Assembly (NCBI GenBank): GCA_019637435.1
Contig: JAHBVO010000002.1
Span: 657,519 to 721,518, forward strand
DNA from: Candidatus Obscuribacterales bacterium
GTDB lineage: Bacteria; Cyanobacteriota; Vampirovibrionia; Obscuribacterales; Obscuribacteraceae
DNA length: 64,000 nt
Direction: 5' to 3'
Part shown: positions 55,652 to 64,000 of the stretch, one piece after another
Position numbering within the stretch: position 1 is the first letter of the stretch
Layout of the letters: the number at the start of each line of letters is the position of its first letter
The notes under the pieces: generated by a model
Databases searched by the model: none
The model's input: only the letters and a program-made list of their open reading frames with translations
What the model was told of the DNA's origin: nothing
Position numbers and translations under genes: made by a program

Positions 55652-57634
55652 ATGAATCCCTCCCTGATCTCTTCTCTTTGTTTGACAACCGCCCTAATGG
55701 CATTGCCAACATTGTTCTTCAGGAAGGCGAATAGCGTCGCTCTCTCTCTTCTGACGTTGATGTTCTCTCTTTTGCTCAGCGCTCTGGTAGTTGCCACAGC
55801 CATCGATGCGCGCTGGGCCGCCCCCGCGTGGCTGTCGGTCGGCTCTTTTCCGATGACGTTCCAGCTCGATAACTTGTCGGTTGCCTTCATCTTGCTACTC
55901 ACGGTACTGGCTTCAGCTGTGGCTCTTTTCTCGCCTGGATATTTGAAACACTTTGACGAAACCGTCAATCGCGGCTTGTACTGGGCTTCTTTCCTTGTCT
56001 TCGTATCCTCGATGGCGCTCGTGGTGTTAAGTGCCGATGCTGTGACTTTCCTGGTCTTCTGGGAGCTGATGTCGATATCTTCCGGCGCACTGGTCGCCAC
56101 TAATCATCAGAACCACAGCGTCCAAAAAGCATCGCTGATATATCTGGGAGCGACCAGGGTCGCTACCGGTTTTCTCGCGGGTGGTTTTCTCTGGATGCAT
56201 TCGCTTACGAACAGTTGGGCTTTTCAAGATTGGCACTTCATCACAAATGCGAGCGCTCAACTTGGTGCCTCAACAAGTGGTGCACATTTTGCCGCTTTTC
56301 TGATTTTTATCGGATTCGCCATCAAAGCTGGCATCTGGCCCTTCCACTTATGGTTGCCCTACGCTTACCCGGCTGCTCCATGCACGGTGTCATCTCTAAT
56401 GAGTGCCGTGAGCAAAATTGCGTTGTATGGACTTATCCGCATTCTTGTTCTTGGCGATCTCGATTCCCCGATTTTAGGTTATCTCGCTATTTTTCTTGGA
56501 ACCATCTCTGCCTTCTGGGGGGTCTTATTCGCGCTTATCCAAACTGATTTGAAGAAAACTCTGGCGTACTCGAGTGTCGAAAATGTAGGACTTATCCTGC
56601 TTGCGATAGGCGTTTGCCTGGTCGCAAAGACGAACGGTTTATTGTCGGTAGCTGCGATTGCGCTTTCCGCTGGTTTGTTTCATGCCATCGGACATGGCGT
56701 ATTCAAAGCCTTGATGTTCTTAGGTGTTGGCACCGTTCAATGCGCTACGCATACATCGCGTATCGGGCACCTCGGCGGTCTATTGAAAAAAATGCCTACA
56801 ACCTCCACTTGTTTCCTAGTAGGTGCTATGGCTATTTGTGCGTTGCCGCCGCTAAACGGTTTTATGGGCAAATGGATGCTGTATCAGTCTTTGATGCAGA
56901 ATACGTGGCTTTCAGGTTCGCCGGTCGGAGCCGGCGTCTCGCTGAGCGTCATTTGCGTGTTAGCTCTCGTTGGAGGTCTGTCTATCGCCTGTTTTGCAAA
57001 TGCATTTTCTGTCTCATTCCTGGGTGAACCGCGCTCCTCATCCGCTGCGCGTGCCTTCGAGGGAGATATTGGAAGCAGTTGCGCTCAGGTCTTTCTTGCC
57101 GCTCTATGTCTCGCGCTCGGCTTGTTTGCTGTGCCCGTCATAGGATTTCTGAAACCGATATGTGATGCGGCCTTGCATTCGGACACCACCGTCGCAGCGA
57201 CGATTCACTTCTCTCTCTCGTCGGTACTTATTGTTTTTACTTCGCTTTTCGCTTTGATATATCTTCTAATTTTGAAACCTTCCAAGGTGCGGCGCGGGAT
57301 TATCTGGGAGTGTGGTTTCGGAAGTGTTTCTGCCAGGGCGCAGGTAACTGCGGACTCGTTCGCGCAGCCAATTGCACGCATCTTTAACAAACTGCTGAGT
57401 TACAGCGTTACCTGCGAAATCGAGGGCAGTGACAGGCGCCACTTCCCGGAGCGAATAACCGTCGCACCGCATACGGCATCACATATCGAGCGCCGGATTT
57501 ACCAGCCCTTTTTGAAACTTATTTCGTTCATCGCACGCTCGCTGGCTAAGTTGCAGTCCGGAAGTATTCATCTTTATCTCGTATACCTCTGCGTGACGCT
57601 GATTGCGCTCTTGATTGTCGGAAGGAGTTTCTAA
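55652..57634 (+). CDS. HyfB/NuoL-like antiporter-type membrane subunit of a group-4 hydrogenase-related (Ehr-type) complex
   Basis: 660-aa polytopic protein with the PF00361-like core (FWELMSISS, GFAIKAGIWPFHLWLPYAYPAAP, LAYSSVENVG). First gene of a tightly packed six-gene operon. Confidence 0.8.
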   Translation: MNPSLISSLCLTTALMALPTLFFRKANSVALSLLTLMFSLLLSALVVATAIDARWAAPAWLSVGSFPMTFQLDNLSVAFILLLTVLASAVALFSPGYLKHFDETVNRGLYWASFLVFVSSMALVVLSADAVTFLVFWELMSISSGALVATNHQNHSVQKASLIYLGATRVATGFLAGGFLWMHSLTNSWAFQDWHFITNASAQLGASTSGAHFAAFLIFIGFAIKAGIWPFHLWLPYAYPAAPCTVSSLMSAVSKIALYGLIRILVLGDLDSPILGYLAIFLGTISAFWGVLFALIQTDLKKTLAYSSVENVGLILLAIGVCLVAKTNGLLSVAAIALSAGLFHAIGHGVFKALMFLGVGTVQCATHTSRIGHLGGLLKKMPTTSTCFLVGAMAICALPPLNGFMGKWMLYQSLMQNTWLSGSPVGAGVSLSVICVLALVGGLSIACFANAFSVSFLGEPRSSSAARAFEGDIGSSCAQVFLAALCLALGLFAVPVIGFLKPICDAALHSDTTVAATIHFSLSSVLIVFTSLFALIYLLILKPSKVRRGIIWECGFGSVSARAQVTADSFAQPIARIFNKLLSYSVTCEIEGSDRRHFPERITVAPHTASHIERRIYQPFLKLISFIARSLAKLQSGSIHLYLVYLCVTLIALLIVGRSF

Positions 57635-57636
57635 CG

Positions 57637-58605
57637 ATGTGGCAATCAATGTCGACGGAGACATTTTTATTTGAAACCGCACGATGGATCCTATTTGCCG
57701 TAATCACTTTTGTTATGCCGATCTTGACGATCGGTGTTGTTAGGAAAACCAGAGCTCGAATGCAAGGGCGGATGGGCGCGCCCCTTTTGCAGGCGCTTTT
57801 CGACCTTCGCAAGTTGATGCAGAAAAGTGAAGCAGTAAGTTCCACGGCAACGTGGATATTCCGCTCCGGCGCGGGTATTGAACTGGCAAATATGCTTTTA
57901 CTTTCCACTCTTGTTCCCTGGATCGCGAATAAGCCGGATGGTGTGAGCAGCGATTTGTTTCTCATCGTTTATCTCTTTGCGCTCAGCCGATTGTTTGCAA
58001 TCCTTGCAGCGTTAGACTCCGGCTCGCCTTTCGGTGCCTTCGGAAGCAGCAGGGATGCGACGTTAGCCATGCTTGTTGAACCCGCTTCACTTCTCGCTCT
58101 TGTCTCCCTTGCAGTCGTCGCCAAGTCAACCGAGATGAATGTGATTTTCTCATTGACAAACGTTTTACTGGCGCACGATCCGGGTCTGTGGTTTCTCGCC
58201 GGCACCGCAATTGTGATGGCTAGTCTGGTTGAGCTATCGCGCATGCCGGTTGACGATCCTGCAACTCACCTGGAGTTGACGATGATTCACGAGGCGATGC
58301 TCCTCGAAAGTTCCGGTCGAAATCTCGCCCTTCGTGAGTTCACCAGAGCGCTCAAGATGACTGTGTTGTTCGGACTTTCCGCCCAGTGTTATCTGCGCGC
58401 CTGGGATGATTTCTGGCATTTTCCAGTTGTGGCGCAGGTCTGGCTAAGTATTGGTGGCATTCTCGGACTCGCTCTGCTAGTGGGTCTGTTCGAGAGTGTC
58501 TCGGTGAAGCTTCAGTGGCGTAAAGTGCCTGAATTCATATCTTACTGCATGACGCTCAGCTTACTAGCCGCAATGGTGGCAGTGGCTCGGGGGGTAGTAC
58601 ATTGA
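57637..58605 (+). CDS. HyfC/HycD/NuoH-like membrane subunit
   Basis: 322 aa. RKTRARMQGRMGAPLLQALFDLRKLMQK resembles the NuoH/HycD N-terminal signature. SD aggag. Confidence 0.75.
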   Translation: MWQSMSTETFLFETARWILFAVITFVMPILTIGVVRKTRARMQGRMGAPLLQALFDLRKLMQKSEAVSSTATWIFRSGAGIELANMLLLSTLVPWIANKPDGVSSDLFLIVYLFALSRLFAILAALDSGSPFGAFGSSRDATLAMLVEPASLLALVSLAVVAKSTEMNVIFSLTNVLLAHDPGLWFLAGTAIVMASLVELSRMPVDDPATHLELTMIHEAMLLESSGRNLALREFTRALKMTVLFGLSAQCYLRAWDDFWHFPVVAQVWLSIGGILGLALLVGLFESVSVKLQWRKVPEFISYCMTLSLLAAMVAVARGVVH

Positions 58606-59252
58606 GTTTCACGCCTGCGGAATGGAGTTTGATTGCATCGGCGACTGTCGCGATTTTGATGGTCGGCTCGTTGCATGTGCGAGTAAATCTTTTCGGCTAT
58701 TGTGTCCTAACCGTGCTGATTTCGCTTGCTACCATGTTCTCAGCCATCGATCATCACGAAACCTCCATGTTCTACCTTGCTGGCGCGATAGCTCTTCTAA
58801 AAGGAATATCAATTCCGTTGTTTTTGTACTGGATCATCGGTAAGTTAAAGCTTGGTAGCGATAGTGGTGCTGTCCTCTCTGCACCACTGGCGATGCACTT
58901 GAATATCGGTCTCACTATCATGAGTTATTTCCTCGTCTCGGAATTTCCTGTTCCTTTAGGTGAGTTGCGAACATGGGTCGGCGCTATGGCGGCTATCTCT
59001 ATGGTTTTGACAGGAATCGTGTTAATGCTTATTCGGCGATTGGCAATCAGTCAGATCATCGGATTTCTCGTGTTGGAAAATGGAATTTATATTTTTGCTC
59101 TCACCCAAACACGCGGAATGCCGCTAATCATAGAGATGGGGGTGGTGCTTGATGTGCTGGTCGGGGTAATGATTGCAGGTCTATTGATGTTTCGAATTCA
59201 GAGCAGTTTTGAGCACATAGACGTGTCGAAGCTAACCGATTTGAGAGATTAG
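58602..59252 (+). CDS. HyfE-like small membrane subunit
   Basis: 216-aa polytopic ORF with the position and size of hydrogenase-4 component E. Its start overlaps the upstream stop. Confidence 0.6.
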   Translation: MSFTPAEWSLIASATVAILMVGSLHVRVNLFGYCVLTVLISLATMFSAIDHHETSMFYLAGAIALLKGISIPLFLYWIIGKLKLGSDSGAVLSAPLAMHLNIGLTIMSYFLVSEFPVPLGELRTWVGAMAAISMVLTGIVLMLIRRLAISQIIGFLVLENGIYIFALTQTRGMPLIIEMGVVLDVLVGVMIAGLLMFRIQSSFEHIDVSKLTDLRD

Positions 59253-59256
59253 ACAA

Positions 59257-60690
59257 ATGGAAACCATCGGCTTCATCAGTTTAACTCCATGCTTGATCGT
59301 CCTGACGGTGTTGTTGGTGCGGCACAAACCGTTTGTACGATTTGTCTTGCCTATCTTATTTTGGATACAGCTAGCGGCCGTGGTTTACGTTGTGGCGCCT
59401 CTGTTTCAGCGAAATGCTGTTTCACTCGCTCTGACTCCCGATTTCAAAATTGATTCTCTTGGCTCTCTATTCATGACCTTGACTGCGTTCGTCACTGCTT
59501 GCGCAATGTCTCATGCAAGAGTATTTTTTGAAGTGGAAGACGCGCGCGCTGGAGAGTCATATCAGTTTGAACATGAGCGCATCTTTTACGCATGCGCGGC
59601 GCTGTTTTTGCTCGCAATGAATTTCGTGTTCATCTCCGATAATCTAGGATTTCTCTGGATCAGTATAGAAGCGACCACACTCTCGTCGGCTGCCTTGATC
59701 TATTACGGACGAACAAAACATACTCTGGAAGCGACGTGGAAGTATCTCGTCGTTTGTTCCGTCGGAATCGCATTTGCATTGTTTGGCACTATTCTTCTCT
59801 TTGCTTCCAGCCAGCATGGTGCGATCGAGCATGGGTCACTGAATCTGAGCGAACTGACGGCACATGCTGACGCTTTGGAGTTTCGCTTGCTCCGGCTTGG
59901 ATATATTTTCTGTCTGGTCGGTTATGGTACCAAAGCTGGTGTCTTTCCGCTTCATAGCTGGTTGCCTGATGCGCATTCGGAAGCGCCGGCCCCAGCGTCA
60001 GCGATTCTTTCCGGCGCGCTACTCAACTGTGCTCTCTTCGCAATCTGGCGTTTGTCGCAACTTGTCAGCGCCGCGCATCATGAGGCTCTCGCAACTAATT
60101 TGCCGTTGGCGCTTGGAACCGTCACCGCTCTGGCAGCAAGTTTCTTCCTGATTCACCAACATGGTATAAAGCGATTGTGGGCTTACTCGAGTATTGAGAA
60201 TGTCGGCATAATGCTGGTTGCAATTGGTTTGAGCAGCGGACCTCTATTTTTCTTGCAGGCGCTCAACCACAGTATTGCCAAAGTTGCTCTGTTTCTTTTA
60301 GCCGGAAACATCATCCAATCTGCGGGAACCAAAAATCTTGCAGACATCCGGGGATTACTACAATCTGCGCCATCGTGGGCGGTGCTATTTGCCGTCGCTG
60401 CTCTTGCCGTGACGGGAGCTCCCCCGAGTGGCGCCTTCCTCAGCGAACTGCTTATACTCCTTCAAGCGATGGATCAGAAACGGTTTATTGTTGTAATCTC
60501 ATTGATAGTCGCTTTGAGCATCAGTTTCATCGCTGTATCCGTGCACGTTTGCAGAATTCTCTTTGGTTCGGAAAAATCGAATTTTGCAAAGCTTAAACCG
60601 TTTTCTACCAGTATAGTTCCGGCTCTGCTTGTCGCCCTTTCGCTACTATGCGGTGTGACTGCTCTTCCTATATTATTGTCTAAGCCATGA
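59257..60690 (+). CDS. HyfF/NuoM/NuoN-like antiporter-type membrane subunit
   Basis: 477 aa with the PF00361-like core (GYGTKAGVFPLHSWLPDAHSEAPAPASAILSG, WAYSSIENVG). Confidence 0.8.
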   Translation: METIGFISLTPCLIVLTVLLVRHKPFVRFVLPILFWIQLAAVVYVVAPLFQRNAVSLALTPDFKIDSLGSLFMTLTAFVTACAMSHARVFFEVEDARAGESYQFEHERIFYACAALFLLAMNFVFISDNLGFLWISIEATTLSSAALIYYGRTKHTLEATWKYLVVCSVGIAFALFGTILLFASSQHGAIEHGSLNLSELTAHADALEFRLLRLGYIFCLVGYGTKAGVFPLHSWLPDAHSEAPAPASAILSGALLNCALFAIWRLSQLVSAAHHEALATNLPLALGTVTALAASFFLIHQHGIKRLWAYSSIENVGIMLVAIGLSSGPLFFLQALNHSIAKVALFLLAGNIIQSAGTKNLADIRGLLQSAPSWAVLFAVAALAVTGAPPSGAFLSELLILLQAMDQKRFIVVISLIVALSISFIAVSVHVCRILFGSEKSNFAKLKPFSTSIVPALLVALSLLCGVTALPILLSKP

Positions 60691-62201
60691 TTGAAAACGC
60701 GCACATAGTTAGAATCAACGTCGACGGTCAAGAGCGGATGACCCGTTTGAAAACCATGCTGCACGTGCCTGGAAATCGTCTTGGATTGATAACTTCGATT
60801 GATGGCTCCCAGCTTGTGACTTTGCTTCTCGATACTAACACCGGTCGAAGCACAGTGTGGGAGACTCCCCTATCATCCGACGTCTATCCTTCTCTAACTA
60901 TGATGATTCCGCAGTGCCACTGGTTTGAGCGGTCCACATGGGACATGTTCGGTTTGAAGCCGAATGGCCATCCTCGTTTAAAACACAATCTGCTCCATGA
61001 ACCTTATGACGCATCGCTCTTTCCGCTGAAGACAGACCATGAAGTTGAGTCTCATGATACAGACCGTTTCTATAAGTGTCTGGAAGTCCGCGGGCAGGGT
61101 GTTTACGAAATTCCGGTCGGTCCTATCCATGCCGGCATCATAGAGCCAGGTCACTTCAGATTCAGTTGTCTGGGAGAAGTGATACTGAACCTCGAGATTC
61201 GACTCGGATATGTTCATCGCGGTGTTGAAAAGCGAATTGTCGAAGTACCGCTCAGTCGAATGCGATTCGTCGCTGAATCGGCTGCTGGGGACATGATCGC
61301 GGCGAATGCCCTTGCTCACGCTGTGGCGGTGGAATCTTGTTTACAGATCGAAGAGTCTCCACGTGCCCGTGCTTTCAGAACAATTTCTCTGGAACTGGAG
61401 CGCATCGCCATGCATGTGAGCGATCTGGGAGGTCTTGCCGGTGATATCGGATTTGCTGCTGTTAGCACTTCGATGGCGATCCTTCGCGGCGATGTTCTCG
61501 GATGCGCTGAACTCCTTACTGGAACCAGATTTCAGAAGGGCTTTATTGCTCCTGGTGGCATATCACGAGAGCCGTCGGACAAAAATTTGTCCCAGCTACG
61601 AACGAATTTGAAAAAGATTCAACTGAAGTTAAAACCGATTGTAGACTTTCTGTTTTCGAATCAGGTCGCTCGCGATCGAATGACCAACGTTGGCATTTTG
61701 ACTCCAAAACTAGCAGCAGACTTCGGGGTAGTCGGTGTGGCCGGCCGAGCTAGTGGTATTGCCTATGATGCCCGAAAGTCATTTGTCCATGGCTGTTTTC
61801 CCCGGCAAAATATGGTGCTTCCGGTGCAGCAGGCTGGAGATGTTTTAAGTCGCGCCAAAGTTCGCGCTGAAGAATTGCGAAGTAGTCTTGAAATAATTTA
61901 TGAAATTTTGGAGACCTTGCCCGGGGGAGATACTGCTGGTGCCCATCACGACCTTCGCTCTCTGAATCGGTTTAAGTTTAAGACAAATGATTGCGGAATA
62001 GGTATTGTCGAGTCTTTTCGCGGCGAACTGATTCATCTGTTCTTCACCGACGGCGATGGCAAGATTATTCGATATGCAATAAAAGATCCCAGTGTGAACA
62101 ATTGGACTGCGTTGGCTATCGCTGTTAGAAACAATTTGCTGTCCGACTTTCCTCTCTGCAACAAGAGTTTTGGTCTGTCATACAGCGGTCATGATTTGTG
62201 A
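60687..62201 (+). CDS. HycE/HyfG-like fused NuoC-NuoD 'large subunit' homologue lacking NiFe-binding cysteines
   Basis: NuoC-like HWFERSTWDMFGLKPNGHP. VGPIHAGIIEPGHFRF..RLGYVHRGVEKR aligns with E. coli HycE IGPLHVTSDEPGHFRL..FYVHRGMEKL. Where HycE has DRVCGICGFAH this ORF has ESAAGDMIAAN, and the C-terminal DPCYSCTDR is GLSYSGHDL. Confidence 0.8.
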   Translation: MIENAHIVRINVDGQERMTRLKTMLHVPGNRLGLITSIDGSQLVTLLLDTNTGRSTVWETPLSSDVYPSLTMMIPQCHWFERSTWDMFGLKPNGHPRLKHNLLHEPYDASLFPLKTDHEVESHDTDRFYKCLEVRGQGVYEIPVGPIHAGIIEPGHFRFSCLGEVILNLEIRLGYVHRGVEKRIVEVPLSRMRFVAESAAGDMIAANALAHAVAVESCLQIEESPRARAFRTISLELERIAMHVSDLGGLAGDIGFAAVSTSMAILRGDVLGCAELLTGTRFQKGFIAPGGISREPSDKNLSQLRTNLKKIQLKLKPIVDFLFSNQVARDRMTNVGILTPKLAADFGVVGVAGRASGIAYDARKSFVHGCFPRQNMVLPVQQAGDVLSRAKVRAEELRSSLEIIYEILETLPGGDTAGAHHDLRSLNRFKFKTNDCGIGIVESFRGELIHLFFTDGDGKIIRYAIKDPSVNNWTALAIAVRNNLLSDFPLCNKSFGLSYSGHDL

Positions 62202-62209
62202 GGTTCTAG

Positions 62210-63127
62210 ATGATTAGACTCTTGAATTATCTGATCACGAGGAAAATCGCCACGTCCAAAGCACTTTTCGCACCACTTGGTGATGGCGTGCGTGGTTTGC
62301 CCATGCTTACAGGCGAGTCGATTTCTGAAGCTGAGGCAGTCGAGTTGGCGGAAGGTTGCCCGGCTGGGGCGATTCGTGTGCTGGAGAAGGAGGATGGTCG
62401 CCAAGTATTGGAGATGGACCGTGGAGCCTGCACAACATGCGGTTTTTGCCTGGATGTTTATCCAACTGCTGCGATAAAAAGCGATCCTAACACCATGATT
62501 GCAACTCGCAAACGCGATCAACTTATTTCGAGCGTGGCTTTGAATGATACTTCCCTAGATACTGCATCTGGTGTCGCAGGTGATACTGCTTGTAAGACTG
62601 CATCTGGTGTCAAAACCGATACTGCAGGCGGTGTACATGAGTTTTTTGAAGCCGCCGACAACTTGCCACAAGACGCCATTGAGTCGGATCTCGCTCGGGA
62701 AAATTTGATTTCGAAAATTTTCGGGCGCTCAATTGCAATCAGAGTGGTCTCAACCGGATGTAGTTCCTGTGACCTCGAGATTGGAGCCGCAGGCAATCCA
62801 ATCTTCGACATGGAGCGATTCGGAATGCATGTCGTAGCGTCCCCGCGTTTCGCCGATGTCTTATTGGTTACCGGACCTGTGCCGAAAGCGATGCACGAGC
62901 CATTGAGGCTTTGCTATGAGGCGATGTCGGAACCTCGGCTTGTGGTCGCAGTTGGAAGCTGTGCGATTTCAGGAGGCGTGCTCAAAGACAGCTACGCGCA
63001 AGCTAATGGAGTCGGGGCGGTATTACCGGTCGACGTTTTCATCCCGGGGTGTCCTCCCCATCCTTGGAGCATAATTGACGGCATCGCCATGGCTATGGGG
63101 CGAAAGCGTCAGGGGCGCCTAAAGTAG
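62210..63127 (+). CDS. Fusion of a degenerate ferredoxin (HycF/NuoI-like) module to a HycG/NuoB-like small subunit
   Basis: The N-terminus has GCPAGAI and CTTCGFCLDVYP. The C-terminus has NuoB-type ligand motifs GCSSCDLE, GSCAISGG and GCPPHP. The linker contains TASGV/DTA repeats. Confidence 0.75.
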   Translation: MIRLLNYLITRKIATSKALFAPLGDGVRGLPMLTGESISEAEAVELAEGCPAGAIRVLEKEDGRQVLEMDRGACTTCGFCLDVYPTAAIKSDPNTMIATRKRDQLISSVALNDTSLDTASGVAGDTACKTASGVKTDTAGGVHEFFEAADNLPQDAIESDLARENLISKIFGRSIAIRVVSTGCSSCDLEIGAAGNPIFDMERFGMHVVASPRFADVLLVTGPVPKAMHEPLRLCYEAMSEPRLVVAVGSCAISGGVLKDSYAQANGVGAVLPVDVFIPGCPPHPWSIIDGIAMAMGRKRQGRLK

Positions 63128-63311
63128 GTGTGGATTGTTAAAACCTGTAATTGCATAATTGCGCAAGCGGTTTGATTCAGCTTAGAATGGCTATCAAATG
63201 AGTCAGATTTTCGGGGCAGTTTTCTTTTAGACGCCAGGTTTGAACTATCTGAAATCGGCGGCGTGTGCCAAGATCATTCTGTGTCTCAACATTTTTCAAA
63301 CGGTCGATCGC

Positions 63312-63962
63312 ATGACAATGAACATTCCTCCGCCTCTAAGGGGCGATGAAAAGTATCGTGATTTGCTAATTCACATAGAGTCGATTCCGGATGTGCCGGT
63401 TCAGTGGAAGGGCACGCCTATTGAGTCGTTTATCATGGCACAGAACTTTGGCTGGCCTATTCAGGGCTCTGGCAAGGTCGAACTGCTCATCTCTACATGT
63501 ATCGAGTTTCGATACGCACTGCCAATCCCGCGAATGTACGCTTATGTAATTCGTAGAGCCAGCGGGCGCGTTCTCGGCTCTGAGTTTAGCGTTGGTTACA
63601 CGATGGCGCAAGGCGTTAAGTATCTCGCATTGATTGGTCATAACGATTGCGGTATGGCGAAGGCGCTCACCAATGCACCACGAGTGGTGGCGGCTCTTGT
63701 CGAGCAAGGCTGGGATGCCGACCTCGCGCAGCAGTACGTTGAAAATCAGCTAAAGCGTCACGCGATCAACGATGAGCTGGATGCGCTCCGCGAAGAGTTT
63801 ATTCGATTAAAACGTGTTTTTCGGAAACTGTTGATTGCGCCACTGTTCGTTTGTCTTCATGACAGTAAATTATATGTTCCTGCTTGGTATGACAGTTTGA
63901 ACACGGAGCTTGATGCCGAAGAGCCGAACGCGCCTCGAGATCTTATCGAAAATTTGCTGTAG
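63312..63962 (+). CDS. Beta-carbonic-anhydrase-like protein
   Basis: STCIEFRY (CxExR in place of CxDxR), YVIRRASGRV (compare FVxRNAGNxV) and LALIGHNDCGM (HxxCG) occur in the order and spacing of beta-class carbonic anhydrases. Start taken at the ATG at 63312. Confidence 0.5.
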   Translation: MTMNIPPPLRGDEKYRDLLIHIESIPDVPVQWKGTPIESFIMAQNFGWPIQGSGKVELLISTCIEFRYALPIPRMYAYVIRRASGRVLGSEFSVGYTMAQGVKYLALIGHNDCGMAKALTNAPRVVAALVEQGWDADLAQQYVENQLKRHAINDELDALREEFIRLKRVFRKLLIAPLFVCLHDSKLYVPAWYDSLNTELDAEEPNAPRDLIENLL

Positions 63963-64000
63963 CCGGCTGTTTTAGATCAACTGTCGTTTAAACCGGTTGG

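Noticed and set aside
55558-56100. A 180-aa minus-strand ORF overlapping the start of the HyfB-like gene.
   Set aside because: It is antisense to a strongly supported polytopic membrane protein gene, has no motifs, and spans the promoter region. It is most likely a shadow ORF.
55652-63127. Annotating the operon as a functional hydrogenase-4 or formate hydrogenlyase (hyfBCEFGI).
   Set aside because: The large-subunit homologue lacks all four NiFe cysteine ligands. No fdhF, hyfA, hyp or hycI genes are present in the window. I kept the homology-based subunit names only as '-like'.
1-64000. Searched for signs of a mobile genetic island, prophage or defence island: integrase, transposase, tRNA attachment sites, toxin-antitoxin pairs, restriction-modification genes and cas genes.
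   Set aside because: None was recognised. Gene content is metabolic, sensory and envelope-related, with no flanking direct repeats that I could see. Only the 261-bp inverted-repeat element at 3357-3617 has any mobile-element flavour.

Overview
This looks like a 64-kb chromosomal segment from a free-living bacterium. GC is about 50% by eye, and the taxon cannot be assigned from sequence alone. It is densely coding, with about 57 supportable protein genes. I found no rRNA, tRNA, CRISPR array, transposase or integrase.

Gene content, in order:
- **Start of window:** secreted matrixin-like protease, a TetR plus di-iron protein pair, and two paralogous CX5R phosphatases.
- **Stress and redox enzymes:** extracytoplasmic MsrB and glutathione peroxidase, plus several oxidoreductases.
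- **Signalling:** four sensor histidine kinases. One has a degenerate receiver domain and one carries a textbook LOV blue-light domain.
- **DNA enzymes:** a class I photolyase and a bacterial type IB topoisomerase.
- **ArsR/SRPBCC/VOC cluster.**
- **Giant surface protein:** 1764 aa, glycine-rich and predicted to be secreted, lying directly downstream of the LOV kinase and an OmpR-type regulator.
- **Bacillithiol-type cluster:** bshA and bshB with a half-length BshC-like gene, a PIG-L deacetylase, and a sodium:solute symporter with a translationally coupled micro-ORF.
- **DEAD-box helicase** with a 54-bp repeat tail.
- **Hyf/Hyc-like operon:** six genes resembling a group-4 hydrogenase or complex I.

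Most interesting observations:
1. The Hyf-like 'large subunit' has lost all four NiFe cysteine ligands, which makes it Ehr-type. Its ferredoxin and NuoB-like subunits are fused, and the operon is followed by a beta-carbonic-anhydrase-like gene. Together these suggest a non-hydrogenase energy-coupled module, possibly for CO2 hydration.
2. The LOV kinase and OmpR regulator next to the giant Gly-rich modular protein suggest light-controlled surface or adhesion biology.
3. An ORF between the photolyase and topoisomerase genes has an in-frame TGA and stays open for 58 more codons.
4. A 261-bp intergenic element has 29-bp inverted termini enclosing 4.5 copies of a 33-bp repeat.
5. A long gene-free interval contains long-range pairing and a strong minus-strand terminator, making it a candidate ncRNA.

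All functional calls rest on motif recognition by eye. No database searches were run.
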